This document shows positions 37,601 to 50,521 of a stretch of DNA of 64,000 nucleotides, in pieces. This stretch comes from Felis catus (lineage: Eukaryota), in contig NC_058368.1 in NCBI RefSeq assembly GCF_018350175.1, positions 233,742,001 to 233,806,000 on the forward strand. Direction: 5' to 3'. Position numbers and translations under genes: made by a program. Position 1 is the stretch's first letter, and each line of letters begins with the position of its first letter. Below the pieces are notes generated by a model that saw only the letters and a program-made list of their open reading frames with translations, did no database searches and had not been told where the DNA came from.

Positions 37601-40329
37601 TACAAAATATGAAACATGAAAAACCAACATTCATTCCCAACACCTCCATTTCATTTGATTCGTATCATAAACTAAGGTCATGGAAGGAATTGAATATAAA
37701 AATCAAGGATATGTGAGACTTCCCCGAGGTTTTTTTTGTTTTGTTTTGGTGCTTATTTGTATGGCGACCTCGGTCATTGCTTTGTTTTTAAGACCAAATA
37801 AAATGTGAACCTGTACAATTATTAGTTATTCCGTAAGTGTTTTAGAACCTATTGCATCAAGAGCGCCTTTTTGAAAGTTCACAACAGTTCCGAGTTTGAA
37901 AGAAAAGAAGAAAGCAAAGTAAGCCAGGGATGGCGCGGAACGAAAAATGCCCTTCAGCACAAAGCCAGGAGGAGCACGAAGGGTAGGTAGGCTCGGGCAA
38001 GAAAAGGATCCCAGGGCGTCCTCGGGGTCATTTCCCATCTGTGGGAAGCAGGGCTGCTACGCCACCGCTGAGGTATGGACAGTAAAGGGTCCTCCCATAA
38101 TTTACCCCATAGCCATTGATTCGTGACAAAGTGCGCCAAGAAATGAACTGTCCAAGCTCCAACTGGGGCTGAGGAAGTGAAAAAAGAAAAAGCATTAGGA
38201 AAAATGCTCTTTTGGAACGCTAGAGGGCAGCCCTCCACCCCCGGAACCCAGCAGGCAGGACAGGCGTTAAGGGCGTGTGTGCAGTTGCACGGGGTGGGGG
38301 GGGGTGCACACACTTGCTTTAAGGTTCTGCTGTCACCATCTTGAAACTCTTGGAAGGACAGGTCACGCCTGTTCATTTTAAGTCCGGGGGCAGGTCTGGC
38401 TGGCTGGTGACACCGAACGGCCCTCCATCTTTGCCTGCCGGGTGCAGGCTTGCGGACCAGCAGGCAGGATCCTCCGCCTGGGCCACGGCAGGCCGCCCAT
38501 CCCTCCTCGTCTGGTCATCTTTCACATCCACACGGACACACCTGAATCTTTATAAATCTGTTAAGTAATCAGGCTGCATGGCAGGCTTTTGAATCAATGG
38601 CTTCTGCTTTAAAAATAACTCATCTTCTAGTCCCTATTCCAAATCCAGTTAGATTAGCTCAGTCAATAAGGACACCGTTGTCCTCCGCCCAATGTCACAG
38701 TGCTCTGATTGATTCAATAGAGGCAGGCGAGCAAACTGCCAAGGACAGACACAGACATGTGCCAACCCGGAGCATATTGTAGGGCTGTGCACAGAGTATT
38801 TCCCTGTGTATTCGTTTCTCCCTGGCAAATACATCACTAAAATTTATATAATAAAGTAGGAACAGTATGTCAACAGATTCATTATCACCAATGAAATATG
38901 TTTTGTGTACCCAGATAACATTTACATTTTTATTGAACCAGAGTCTGTGAATACAGAAACCACACCACCCAAGCCAGCTTATGGCTCCTGGAAGTCTCAT
39001 TAACTCTTGCAGCTCACTAAGGAACTTGTTTGCAGCTCAGTTCTTGGAGCCTCGGCAAAGTGGCTGAATGTGACATTAATATATTCATTTTCGTTCCCAT
39101 CGAGTGAGGCATGATCTCTACAGGTCTTTGAAAGATCCTGCTTCCTTGGCTTATTTGAGAAGTTATTTCTCAAGTGACACAATTGTAAAAAATAGTTCAG
39201 AGAATCATCTTCAAAATCTGATTTCAGGTGATTTCTTGGGATTTACGGCCCTGAACATATGAGAAGATGGCGCCAGTGTTTTGGAACAGACCCTTCACAA
39301 ATTCCTGCTTCCATTCCAAAGTTTGTTACCGGTGTTTTGTTTTGTTTTTTCAAAATCCACTGAGAGACACTGTGACTCCCTTCAAGAATACAGGGAGGAG
39401 TGAGAACAGGTTAATGACTAATCAGCTTCCAGCACGTCTATAATCTTGTGAGAGATATCGATTTCTCTGTTCTTGCTCAGAGAATGTGATCTAAAAAGCA
39501 ATGATTCACTGCACGGAGATGTGTGCTCAGGATTTGTTGCCTAGGGAGGTACAGGAAAAGGGCACATATTTAGCAAGCGTAAGTGGCTCACTTAGATACA
39601 TTGACTTTTCTTTTTATACCCTTTTAGGTGTCCCTTAAAATAGTCACCGAAAGGATAATTTAATCATCCTCCAAAACTGATAGATAATGACTTTGAGGGA
39701 CAAGAAATGGTCTATGAAAATGCTATGAAACAGTTCACGAATATTTTTTGCCCAATTCTGAATTCACTCAATTCAGATGAGATGACTTAGCTTAAGATTT
39801 TAAGCCACTCTACTACTGTTTGATTCACCATTTTACATTTAAATATGAAAATAAACTCACTGCTTGTGTTATCCCACACGGTTGTAATAATTATCAATAT
39901 TCTTATAATAACTTTCTCAAGGTGCAAGATTTTTGCCTTATCTCTGACATCAACTGTGCATCTTCAAAGAGTCATAAACATCTCTGAGCTTCAGTCGATG
40001 TATCTGTAAAGGAAGAAGGGTGTGGCAACTACCCTAAGGATCTTTCTAATATGTTTATACTATCCTGAGCTGGATAATGGGATGGATTTTAATCAACTTT
40101 TTTACATCAAGGTGGAAAAATCACTTAAATTCAATAAAAACAAATGAACTGGGCCCAAAAGAGGTTAGCTAAGTGGTATATAAGCATCTGGTAGCCAAGT
40201 ACTATTTCCTTAGGTTGAAAGGCAAGAATGACAGCATTTCCATGCTGTGCCGTGGCAATTTAGTGGATAGACACGAATCTTTCTGTATTAATATGATCTG
40301 TCTTCCCTCTGGAGAAGGTAAATTCATTA

Positions 40330-40435
40330 AGAGCAGGAGGCTTAGTGTCTTTTCTCCACTGTTATATCTCCCTTACCTGAAATTTGCAAAACACATAATA
40401 AGTACTTAATAAATATGTGCTAGATGAATGAACGA
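40330..40435 (+). mobile_element. L2 3' end
   Basis: agtacttaataaatatgtgctagatgaatgaa is a typical L2 terminus. Confidence 0.6.
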
Positions 40436-41289
40436 TTGACTGGATCGTTCTTTTCGGAGGAGTACAGTTGACAAATGATGCTACAAATAGGTTGCTTTAA
40501 TCAGAACCTGAGTTGATAGAAATGTTGCCCAAGCCCTGAAAAGGTTGTATGTATATAAATGTTTGCTATTGGCACTCTGTACATTTTTTTTTAACCTCAC
40601 AATGTTTTCAACTCCAAAATGGTTAAGATTTCCGAGCAGCGTGGATCACCTATTGCTACCAATTCCACTTGCCCAGTAGAGAAAAGGGTAAGAGCATATA
40701 TGAGATAAAACACTGAAGAAACAACCAGTGAATAAATACGTCTGGGAGAAGAGAGTGTCTGAAGAAAGTACCATTTGGGGTTGGCTTTCTCAAGAGACAA
40801 CGGCCATCAGTCGTATAGTGCCCAGTTACATGTGAGAGGCAAAATAATACTAGGCAATGAAGACCGGACTGCTGAAACGTCCACCTAAAATCTCATCCTT
40901 TCTATACCTCAGCCATGGTTGAGAACTGGATAGCAAGAAGGCAGAGTAGGACAGAGTGAAATGGGTCATCTCCATACTAACAGCCAAGCATGAATACCAG
41001 AACTGGGCAAAGGAAGATGAAGGTTAACAGCTCAGAAGAGGGTTGTTTCGCTTGTTGGATGTTGCTTATTATTGCTAGCATTTTTAAAAAAGTAAAAATA
41101 CTTCTGAATTTAACCCCAAATATTATGACCCTCATGATGTGGACTAAGTTATAGATTCCCTATTACAAATTAGGGAAGTTTTGCTCTTAAATGGAAGATT
41201 TCAAAAAGAACCCCAAGTAAATATTTTTTAAGCAGGACCCTGAGTGTTGGGGGGGGGCATGTGTCACATGCAAATATCTGCGTGTCTAG

Positions 41290-41620
41290 GTCATTAGGCA
41301 CTTCCCTCCCAAATGGTCCTCTGGTCCCAGGTGACAGGTCTCAAACCGAACTCAAAAATCCTGCCCACCAAACCCCCTCCCTCCGTGGCCATCTGACGGA
41401 GCTACAGAAACACGGACTTGTCATCCACTCCTGACTCTGTCACCTGCCCACGTCCAAATAACCATCCCTCCTGCAACTTCATCTCCGTTTTTCTGGAGCC
41501 TCCCCCTTCTCCACGGCCCCACTCTCTTGCCTCAGGGCTTCCGAATGTCTAGCCTGCCTTGTTGACTGCTCGGATCCATACCCCAAGCGTTCCACCTGGA
41601 GGAGAAATCGGGCCTGCTCT
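41290..41620 (+). mobile_element. L2 fragment
   Basis: tctcaaaccgaactc..caccaaacc..gtcatccactcctgactct resembles L2. Confidence 0.5.
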
Positions 41621-41835
41621 GTGCCATCTATGGACAAAAATCGCCTCCTGCCATAGAATGCCAGGGTTTGCTCGCAGCAGCCCTGCTTAACTCTCGAACT
41701 CTTAACTCTTAACTCTGCTGACCTCCTGATTTAGGGTCCAAATAGAGACCTGCCAGGAGGTACCACCTACTTCTCCCTTCTCCCTCGGTCCTGAATGGCG
41801 CCCCTCCCCTCTGCATTATTTGAATGCGGAGGCCC

Positions 41836-42160
41836 TGAGACTGGGGTGGTTCGCAAACTTGGTGGCCCATCGAAGCAAACCAAAACCGACACCCGGGTCA
41901 CTGCGTGCTAGAATCTGAGACAGTGAAACATTCCAACCACCAATCGCAGTCAACCAGGCTTTCCCAAATAAGGCCACCGCCAATCAACTCACTGCTTTGC
42001 TCTGCTTCCTATATATTTTCTCTATAAAGACCTTGCCCCCAAGCACCTGCTGGTGAGAGCCTATAACCACTTTTGGTTTGGCGTTGCCTGATTAGAATCT
42101 ATGTTTGCTCAAATATTTTTTTTCAAATGTCTTGATGTGCCTTGGTTTATCTGTTTCTCT
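41836..42160 (+). mobile_element. ERV1-class solo LTR (family uncertain)
   Basis: TG start, ccaatc box, ctataaa TATA, R/U5-like accacttttggtttggcgttgcctgattagaatc..tttgctcaaata..gtttatc. Confidence 0.6.
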
Positions 42161-42164
42161 TGAA

Positions 42165-42350
42165 ATTTTTTTTTATGTTTTATTTGTTTTTGAGAGAGAG
42201 AGTGCGAGTGGGTGAGGGGCAGAGAGAGAGAGAGGGAGACACAGAATCCGAAGCAGGCTCCAGGCTCTGAGCGCGGGGGTTGAACTCACAGACGGGGAGA
42301 TCGTGACCTGAGCCGAAGCTGGACCCTTAACCGACTGAGCCACTCGGGCA
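42165..42350 (-). mobile_element. CAN-SINE
   Basis: Reverse-complement SINEC. Confidence 0.88.
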
Positions 42351-42687
42351 GTCACCAGTTCACCCACCTGCCACTTCCCTTACCTGGAAAACGGACACTC
42401 ATCATCTCATCTGGGAATCTTCTTTGATACCCTTCCTACACCCATAGCTATTTTAACCCCGATCACTTTTATAAAATAGAAAGGCACTAACATGAAACAG
42501 TACTTCAGGTATTGGAGGGTTAAAGAAAAGACATTTTGAAAGGACATCTTTTCAGTAACCAACTATAGTGAGTGAATAACATCCAAACTTATTTTGTTAT
42601 ATATATAAAAGCATATAATTATTATAAAAGCATGATAATTTATATCAATAAGTACAAGGATTTCTAAACACTGAATGTTTTTCTTCC

Positions 42688-43273
42688 TTTTTTAAAAATT
42701 AATTTATTTAAACTCAAGTTAGTTAACATACAGTGTAGTCTGGAGTTGAACCCAGGGATTCATCACTTACATACAACACCCAGTGCTCATCCCAAGTGCT
42801 CTCCTTAATGCCCATCCCCCATTTACCCCCCTCCCCCCCTCCAGCAACTCTCAGGTTGTTCTCTGCATTTAAGAGTCTCTTACGGGAGTGCCTGGGTGAC
42901 TCAGTCAGTTAAGCATATGACTCTTGATTTCCACTCAGGTCATGATCTCACAGTTTGTGAGTTCAGGCCCCGTGTCAGACCCTATGCTGACAGCCAGAGC
43001 TGGCTTGGGATACGCTCTCTCCCTCTCTCTACCCATCTCTCACTCCCAAAAGAAATAAACATTTTTAAAAAGCCTCTTATGGTTTGCCTCTGTTTGTATT
43101 TTATTTTTCCTCCCTTTCCCCTATGTTCATCTGTTTTGTTTCTTAAATGCCACATATGAGTAAAATCATATTATGTTTGTCTTTCTCTATTTCACTTAGC
43201 ATAATACACTCTAGTTCCATCCACATTGTTGCAAATGGTAAGATTTCATCTTTTTGATTGCTGAGTAATATTC

Positions 43274-43321
<48 letters not shown>

Positions 43322-44489
43322 CAGCTCTTCTTTATCCATTCATCAGTTAACAGATATTTGAGCTCTTTCCATAATTTGGTTATTGTTGAAAGTGCTGCTA
43401 GAAACATCATGGTGCATGTGCCCCTTCAGATCAACATTTTTATATCCCTTGGGTACATACTTAGTGGTGCAATTGCTGGGTCATAGGGTAGCTCTATTTA
43501 TTTATTTGTTTTTTTAATTTTTGAGGAACCTCCATACTGTTTTCCAGAGTGGCTGCACCAGTTTGCATTCCCACCAGCAGTGCAAGAGGGCCCCCCTTTC
43601 TCTGCATCCTCGCCAACATCTGTTGTTTCCTGTTCGTGTTAGCCATTCTGACAGGTGTGAGGTGGTATCTCATTGTGATTTTGATTTGTATTTCCCTGAC
43701 GAGGAGTGATGTGGAGCATTGTTTCATGTGTCGGTTGGCCATCTGGATGTCTTCTTTGGAGAAGTGTCTGTTCATGTCTCTTGCCCATTTCTTCACTGGA
43801 TTATTTGTTTTTGGATGTTGAGTTTGAGAAGTTCTTTATAGATTTTGGATACTAACACTTTATCTGATATGTCATTTGCAAATATCTTCTCCAATTCCGT
43901 TGGTTGCCTTTTAGTTTTATTGACCATTTCCTTCACTGTGCAGAAGCTTTTTATCTTGACGAGGTCGTAATAGTTCATCTTTACTTTTGTTTCCCTTGCC
44001 TCTAGAGACATATCAAGTAAGAAGTTGCTGCAGCCAAGCTCTAAGAGGTTGTTGCCTGTTTTCTCCTGTAGGATTTTGATGGTTTCCTGTCTTATGTTTA
44101 GGTCTTTCATCCATTTTGAGTTTGTTTTTGTGTCTGGTGTAAGAAAATAGTCCAGGTTCATTCTTCTGCCTGTCGCTGTCCAGTTTTCCCAGCACCATTT
44201 GCCAAAGACAGTCTTTATTCCATTGGATACTCTTTCCTGCTTTGTCAGAGATTAGTTGGCCATACGTTTGTGGGTCTGTTTCTAGGTTCTCTATTCTGTT
44301 CCATTGATCAGAGTGTCTGTTCTTGTGCCAGTACCATACTGTCTTGATGATGACAGCTTTGTAATACATCTTGAAGTCCGGGATTGTGATGCCTCCAGTT
44401 TTGGTTTTCTTTTTCAAGATCGCTTTGGCTATTTGGGGTCTTTTCTGGTTCCATACAAATTTTAGAATTGCTTGTTGTAGCTCTGTGAA
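42688..44489 (-). mobile_element. 5'-truncated carnivore L1 (~1.6 kb of ORF2 3' part plus 3'UTR), containing a SINE and (TG)n
   Basis: ORF2 peptides ([42 protein letters not shown]) broken by frameshifts; (TG)n at 43276-43318. Confidence 0.93.
42884..43068 (+). mobile_element. CAN-SINE nested in the L1 3'UTR
   Basis: SINEC head, TSD-like aagagtctctta/aaaagcctctta. Confidence 0.87.
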
Positions 44490-45253
44490 GTGGTTGGTTT
44501 TTTTTTCTAAATAGCACATATAAATACATAGATAAATGAGTACAGTTTAATACAAAAACTAGTTAGATAAAGAAAATACTGTCATGCAACAAATGATATT
44601 TCAAAGGAAGAACCAGTGAAGCCTTGCGGAAGGGCCCAGAATCTGCTTTCTTTTGCACAGGAGTCACCAGAAATGCTCCTTTGTCAGCTCCCACATCAGT
44701 GCCAGGTGGTGCCCTGGACCATTGAGGGGGGAGGTTGCTGGGTTCATGGGGCCAATTGCCTCTGATTAAATAACCTCCAAATGGCCAGATACAGCTTACC
44801 TGCCAACTCTATCTGGACAGGCTGTATTTACATTGTTACTGGGAAGCATTGAAGACATTTTCATGCTCAGCAGGCTAAAGGAATAAAAAGGCAATCTTAA
44901 ACCTAGACCCTCATTACTGCATTACAGTCTAATAACTAATACATGAAAAAAAAAATCTGCCTTCCCTGCTGTGGTAAAGTTGTTCTTCGCTTCTAAATAT
45001 ATTTTCCTCAAGAGACAACAAATGGAAGGCTCATCTTTTTAACAAACATACTTCAAAATTTTAAGGATATTAATATTACAATATCTGGACTAAACTATAA
45101 AAAATCAGTATCAGGCTTGGAGGTAGCTCGATGTTGATTCAAATTGCTTTATATTGTTTCAGTAAAGTGCAATGTGTCTATTCTTAAGACATACAGTTTG
45201 CAATTAGGTATTCCTGCTTTTCTTACATGGAGGCAAAATTATATTTGGTCTTT

Positions 45254-45528
45254 TTAAATTTTAAAATTTTTTAAATGTTTATTTATTTATTTATTTATTT
45301 TTTCAACATTTTTATTTATTTTTGGGACAGAGAGAGACAGAGCATGAACGGGGGAGGGGCAGAGAGAGAGGGAGACACAGAATCAGAAACAGGCTCCAGG
45401 CTCTGAGCCATCAGCCCAGAGCCCGACGCGGGGCTCGAACTCACGGACCGCAAGATCGTGACCTGGCTGAAGTCAGACGCTTAACCGACTGCGCCACCCA
45501 GGCGCCCCAAATGTTTATTTATTTTTGA

Positions 45529-45572
<44 letters not shown>

Positions 45573-45969
45573 GCGAGTGGGGGAGGGGCAGAGAGAGAGA
45601 GGGAGACACAGAATCAGAAGCAGGCTCCAGGCTCTGAGCTGTCAGCACAGAGCCCGACACGGGGCTCCAACCCACAAACCGCGAGATCATGACCTGAGCC
45701 AAAATCAAGAGTTGGATGGTTAAGCAACTGAGCCACCTAAGCATCCCTCTTTTTTTTTTTAATTTTTAATGTTTATTCATCTTAGAGAGAAAGAGACACA
45801 GAGCACAGTGGGGGAGAGGCAGAGAGAGAAGGAGACACAGAAACCTAAGCAGGCTCCAGGCTCTGAGCTATCAGCACAGAGCCCGATGCGGGGCTCGAGC
45901 CCACAAACTGTGAGATCATGATCTGAGCTGAAGTCGGACGCTTCACCGACTGAGCCACCCAGGTGCCCC
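45254..45969 (-). mobile_element. Three nested CAN-SINEs (45289-45508, 45509-45747, 45749-45969)
   Basis: Three reverse SINEC bodies; inner TSD aaatgtttatttattt, outer TSD tatat(t/c)tggtcttt. Confidence 0.93.
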
Positions 45970-46967
45970 TATATCTGGTCTTTCTAAATTTGCAAACACT
46001 AAATTATGTTGGTTCTGGACAAAAGTTTACAAATGTAAGTATAGATCCCTTTTGCTAATGCTATGTTGATGGTGTAGAAAGATATCCCCTAGTCTTCTTT
46101 ACCCTCTTTACCTTTTATATTCTTGCTGTGAGTGAAGTATTCTTTACCCAAACAATTTTCAGCATTTTCCTTCTTTGGGGCTCCATTCAGTGTTTCAGCG
46201 AATTACACCTAAATAAAAGTACCAAATGAAACTTATAAAATGATCTTTGGACTTCGGCTGGTACTCACACTCCTTACAGAGCCCAAAGTTTAAGCATGGG
46301 CTCTGGGTATGAAAAAAGCCAACAACCACAGAGATCTGCATGAGGAAATACCGAACCACCGGAAGGCTGTATTTCTCACCAAATACCACCAACACAAGCC
46401 AAAGCAGATGTGGGGACTGGCTCCTGGTTCCACTCAATCTGTTAGCCTAGCGATTGTTGGATAATAAACTGTAGGGATGTTTACCATTTTTTTATTAAAC
46501 ATTCAAAGGATGATTACTTGTGTTTGTTTATCTTCTTTTTGATCATTGGCCCAGGATTCATAAACAAATTCTCACACGAGCACACTTTGTAATGTAAGAC
46601 CTTTAGGGAAGGGACCACATGCGCTTAAGCTGTTCAGACAGCAGGATGATTCACACTCATCGTCTTGTTTACTTTTTTTTTTTTTTTTTACTGTAGTAAT
46701 TACGTATGTAATCCTGTAATTCCTTGAGTTGCCCTCTTTCTCTTAACCACCTGGAAGCTTTTCTGTTTCTTGATGGATGATTGAGTGAAAACCCACCCAC
46801 TTCCCAAGAGGGATTATGGGATTAGTGACAGTCCTCTGGTTGTTACATTTCAAATAGTGCCTAATGAAAAAGTGAATACCAACTCTTTTGGAAATAGGTG
46901 GGATATAATTTCAATTGGATAATAGTGGAGACAGACGCTAAAACTAATTAAAATAGAGCTAATTTTA

Positions 46968-47187
46968 TTTTATTTACCTATTTTTTTTTAATGTTTGTTA
47001 TTTTTGAGAGAGACAGAGACAGAGAGCAAGCAGGGAAGGGGCAGAGAGGGAGGCACAGAATCCGGAGCAGGTTCCAGGCTCCGAGCTGTCAGCACAGAGC
47101 CCGACGCGGGGCTCGAACCCACAAACCGTGAGATCATGACCTGAGCTGTAGTCAGCCGCCCAACCGACCGAGCCACCCAGGAGCCCC
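46968..47187 (-). mobile_element. CAN-SINE (feliform)
   Basis: Reverse SINEC, TSD agctaatttta. Confidence 0.93.
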
Positions 47188-48484
47188 TAGCTAATTTTAA
47201 ATGATTGATGAGCACACAGGAAATCTAGACTTGGTTATTGTAAGTGGTTATTTAGCTCTTGAAGCCGAATTTTAGAAGTGGCCTTGAGAAAGTAGGATCA
47301 GAGGGTACCTCAATCACAATGCTACCTACCTGGCTGTGGGGACTGCTTGGAAAGAAAAGCCTCACCTGGGCACACAGAGTCACACAATTGCTGCCCCTGT
47401 ACTCAACTGTGCAGAGAATCTCGCTTCTCTGTTTTCCTGTAAATACTCGGAGCTTTCTTACAGGATCTATCCCTGCGGGGCAGAGAGGAGAGCAAGCCTG
47501 CTGAGTGTGAGGCAGTCACCTGTCTCATTCCTTAGCTGAAGGCCCCTTTGTGTAACCCCAGCTCCCAGGACCCAGTTGTTACGTACCAGCCCCATTTTCA
47601 GGACCTGCCCTGCCCTTCCCCAAATGGCAAGCAGCACGAGGGGAGGTGAATTATGCCGGAGGCAGGAGAGACCGTGGCTCCATGTGAAGACTTCTGTCAT
47701 CCCGTTCACTACGCTAGTGACTGCTAAGGCCTGCCCACCCTGGGCACTCCACTAGCGTTTGCTGATGGCGTGTGTCACTGGCAGTCAGCCCGGGTAGGGT
47801 CCGGTGGGATGGCGGACTGACCAGGACTTCTGTCGTCTCTCCCTGACTCGTTTCCATGTCCCCTGGCTGGATGACTTGGCCTGGGACCCTGGTAGTCCCA
47901 CGCCAGATGGCTGGCTCTCACCTCAGCCCCCTGACATTCAGACACATGCAGGGAGTCCCGCCCCTGCCACGTAACTTGAGGGCTGGGAGGTTGTTGGAAA
48001 GCTGAACCTGCTCTCCCCTCGCTTACCTGCCTGGTACTGTTGATTTGGGCTTTCTACTTCCATCAAGATAGTTTCGTCACCCCTTCAGAAGTCTGGAGTC
48101 CAGGGGGTGGCTCCATGAGTTGGAAATCTGTTCCATAAGTTGGAAATCTGTTCCTTGCAGACCCAGCAGAATTCTCCTTACATTGTTGTCAGGAACAGAG
48201 CCACATACTTACTTTCACACCAATCGCAGGAAGCAGTGGGGTCAGTGGTAAAATCCATTGTGATTCACTCCCGGAGCACACCTTCTCAAAGTGTGTGCTG
48301 ACCGGATGCCCCAATGAAATCGACGTTTGTTGAGTTGGCAAGGAAGAAGGGCAAAGTATTGGAGAAATCGGCAAGTTACTGTGCCCATGCGAAAGGACAT
48401 AGGGAAATACACAATTCTCTTTTCTCTTTTGGCAAAGCCTGCCTTTTTACAATTACTGCCTTGCTAAAGAAGTCAAGAAGGTCA

Positions 48485-48850
48485 ACTACTACTTGGCAAT
48501 GAGAACGAATGAAATATGGCCTTTTGTAGCAACGTGGATGGAACTGGAGCATATTATGCTAAGTGAAGTAAGTCATACAGAGAAAGACAGATACCATATA
48601 TTTTCACTCTTATGTGGATCCTGAGAAACTTCGCAGAAGACCGTGGGGGAGGGGAAGGGAAAAAAAAAGTTAGAGAGGGAGGGAGCCAAACCATAAGAGA
48701 TTCTTAAAAACTGAGAATAAACTGAGGGTTCATGAGGGGTGGGAGGGAGGGGAGGGTGGGTGATGGGCATGGAGGAGGGCACCTGTTGGGATGAGCACGG
48801 GGTGTTCATGGAAACCAATATGACAATAAATTTCATATTAAAAAAAAAAA
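48485..48850 (+). mobile_element. Heavily 5'-truncated felid L1 3' end
   Basis: L1 3'UTR, AATAAA, poly(A), TSD aagaaggtca. Confidence 0.92.
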
Positions 48851-49799
48851 AAGAAGGTCAGCTTTAAGAGTAGAAAACAATCAATGCTCTCTTTGCTCTT
48901 AGTCCTCACCCCCTGAGGCTACGATGACACATGGTCTGGGGAGGGGCCTGAGAATACAAATGTCTTGGTTTATTATTTACAAAATTAAAGAGCTATTTAA
49001 AAATATTTTCAGGCTTGTGATTTTATCATTTATTCAAATAATGAGTGTCTATTAAGAACTGACCCTGAACTCTGGGCTAATATGTGAAAGCAACTTGTTT
49101 GAGACACTTTGATGGGGTAAAATTAAAAGCAGTAAACAAAAGTTAATGACAGATAAATTTGGGTTTGCTATAAGGCAGGACTTCTCCCATACGCAAGTCA
49201 TTTTAAATGTAACAGATTGTTTAGTGAGTTGGTTAATTTTGCAGCACAAGGTATGTGAAGGTTTATTATAAATTGAACAAGATGACTTCTGATTACTTGA
49301 TTTTCATGTTTCGATACACATGAAACACTCCCTAATAAGCACAAGCACCACAAATAGGTCAACAATAAAAGTATCACGTTATTTTATGAAAGTGGTATTT
49401 ATATAAAAATTGTAAGCATGATACCATACATTTAAGGCCCTATTATGCTTTGGAGTCCAGAATGGTCAAAGACAACAGCAGATGTAGTTTTCTTACCATT
49501 TACTCTTAGAAAATTCACACATGGCAAATATCTAAATCTTACCATGCATTTTAGCTACCAACAACACTTGATGCATTTTCATGGTATTTTTTCATTATTT
49601 TGGTATAATGGACGTAACACTGTGAAACTGTTTCAAAAGTAAACACTCTCCAAGCCTCGATAGGAATAGTTTTAGAGAATGTGAGGCATCTGTTTTCACC
49701 TTATCTGAAAGTTTATAGAATCAAGACACAAATGATGTTTGAAAGATAAATATTAGTGATCACACACATTTTATACTATCATAAAATTTGCATGTTCTT

Positions 49800-50005
49800 T
49801 CTTTAAATTTTCTTTAGAGTTTATTTATTTTTGACAGTGAGAGAACAGGGGAGGGACAGAGAGAGAGGGAGACACAGAATCCGAAGCAGGCTCCAGGCTC
49901 TGAGCTGTCAGCCCAGAGTCCAATGTGGGCTTGAACTCACAAACCGTGAGATCATGACCTAAGCCAAAGTTGGACACTTAACCGACTGAGCCACCCAAAC
50001 GCCCC
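49800..50005 (-). mobile_element. CAN-SINE
   Basis: Reverse SINEC. Confidence 0.9.
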
Positions 50006-50169
50006 TGCCTCTTATTTCACACACACACACAAAAACTTGGGGAAAATTATTTGATTCAATTATGACCAAATTAATGATATCATGAGATGCTTACCAATAG
50101 TTTATTTTTTTATTCATGAATTAGATTTTCTCTGTTGGCAGCCTTCCCAATCAACCTAAGGATTAAGGA

Positions 50170-50278
50170 TCACTTGTTGGGATGAGCACTGGGTGTCGTA
50201 TGTAAGTGATGACTCACCAGGTTCTACTCCCAAAACCAGGACTACACTGTATGTTAACTTGAATTAAAAAAAAAAAAA
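50170..50278 (+). mobile_element. Very short carnivore L1 3' terminus
   Basis: cacttgttgggatgagcactgggtg..tatgttaact..poly(A). Confidence 0.8.
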
Positions 50279-50521
50279 TCCTGAGCTAAATCTGAATGAA
50301 AATACAGAATATTGTAAAGGGTAAGAATCAACACTTACTTAAAGTATATTTGGGGGCTGGATCCTCATCAAAAAAAAATTCTATTATCTTGTTTTCCAAA
50401 AATAATAATAATTTTGGCCAGTATCATTATTGACAAGAATTATCAATTTTAGTGTGAGGTTAATTAAAACAATTTTAAAAAATGATTGTCATGTGATTAA
50501 ATCCATTTAACAATTTTTAAA

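Noticed and set aside
37950..37975. ttcagcac half-site suggesting REST/NRSE
   Set aside because: The second half-site (ggacag) is absent.
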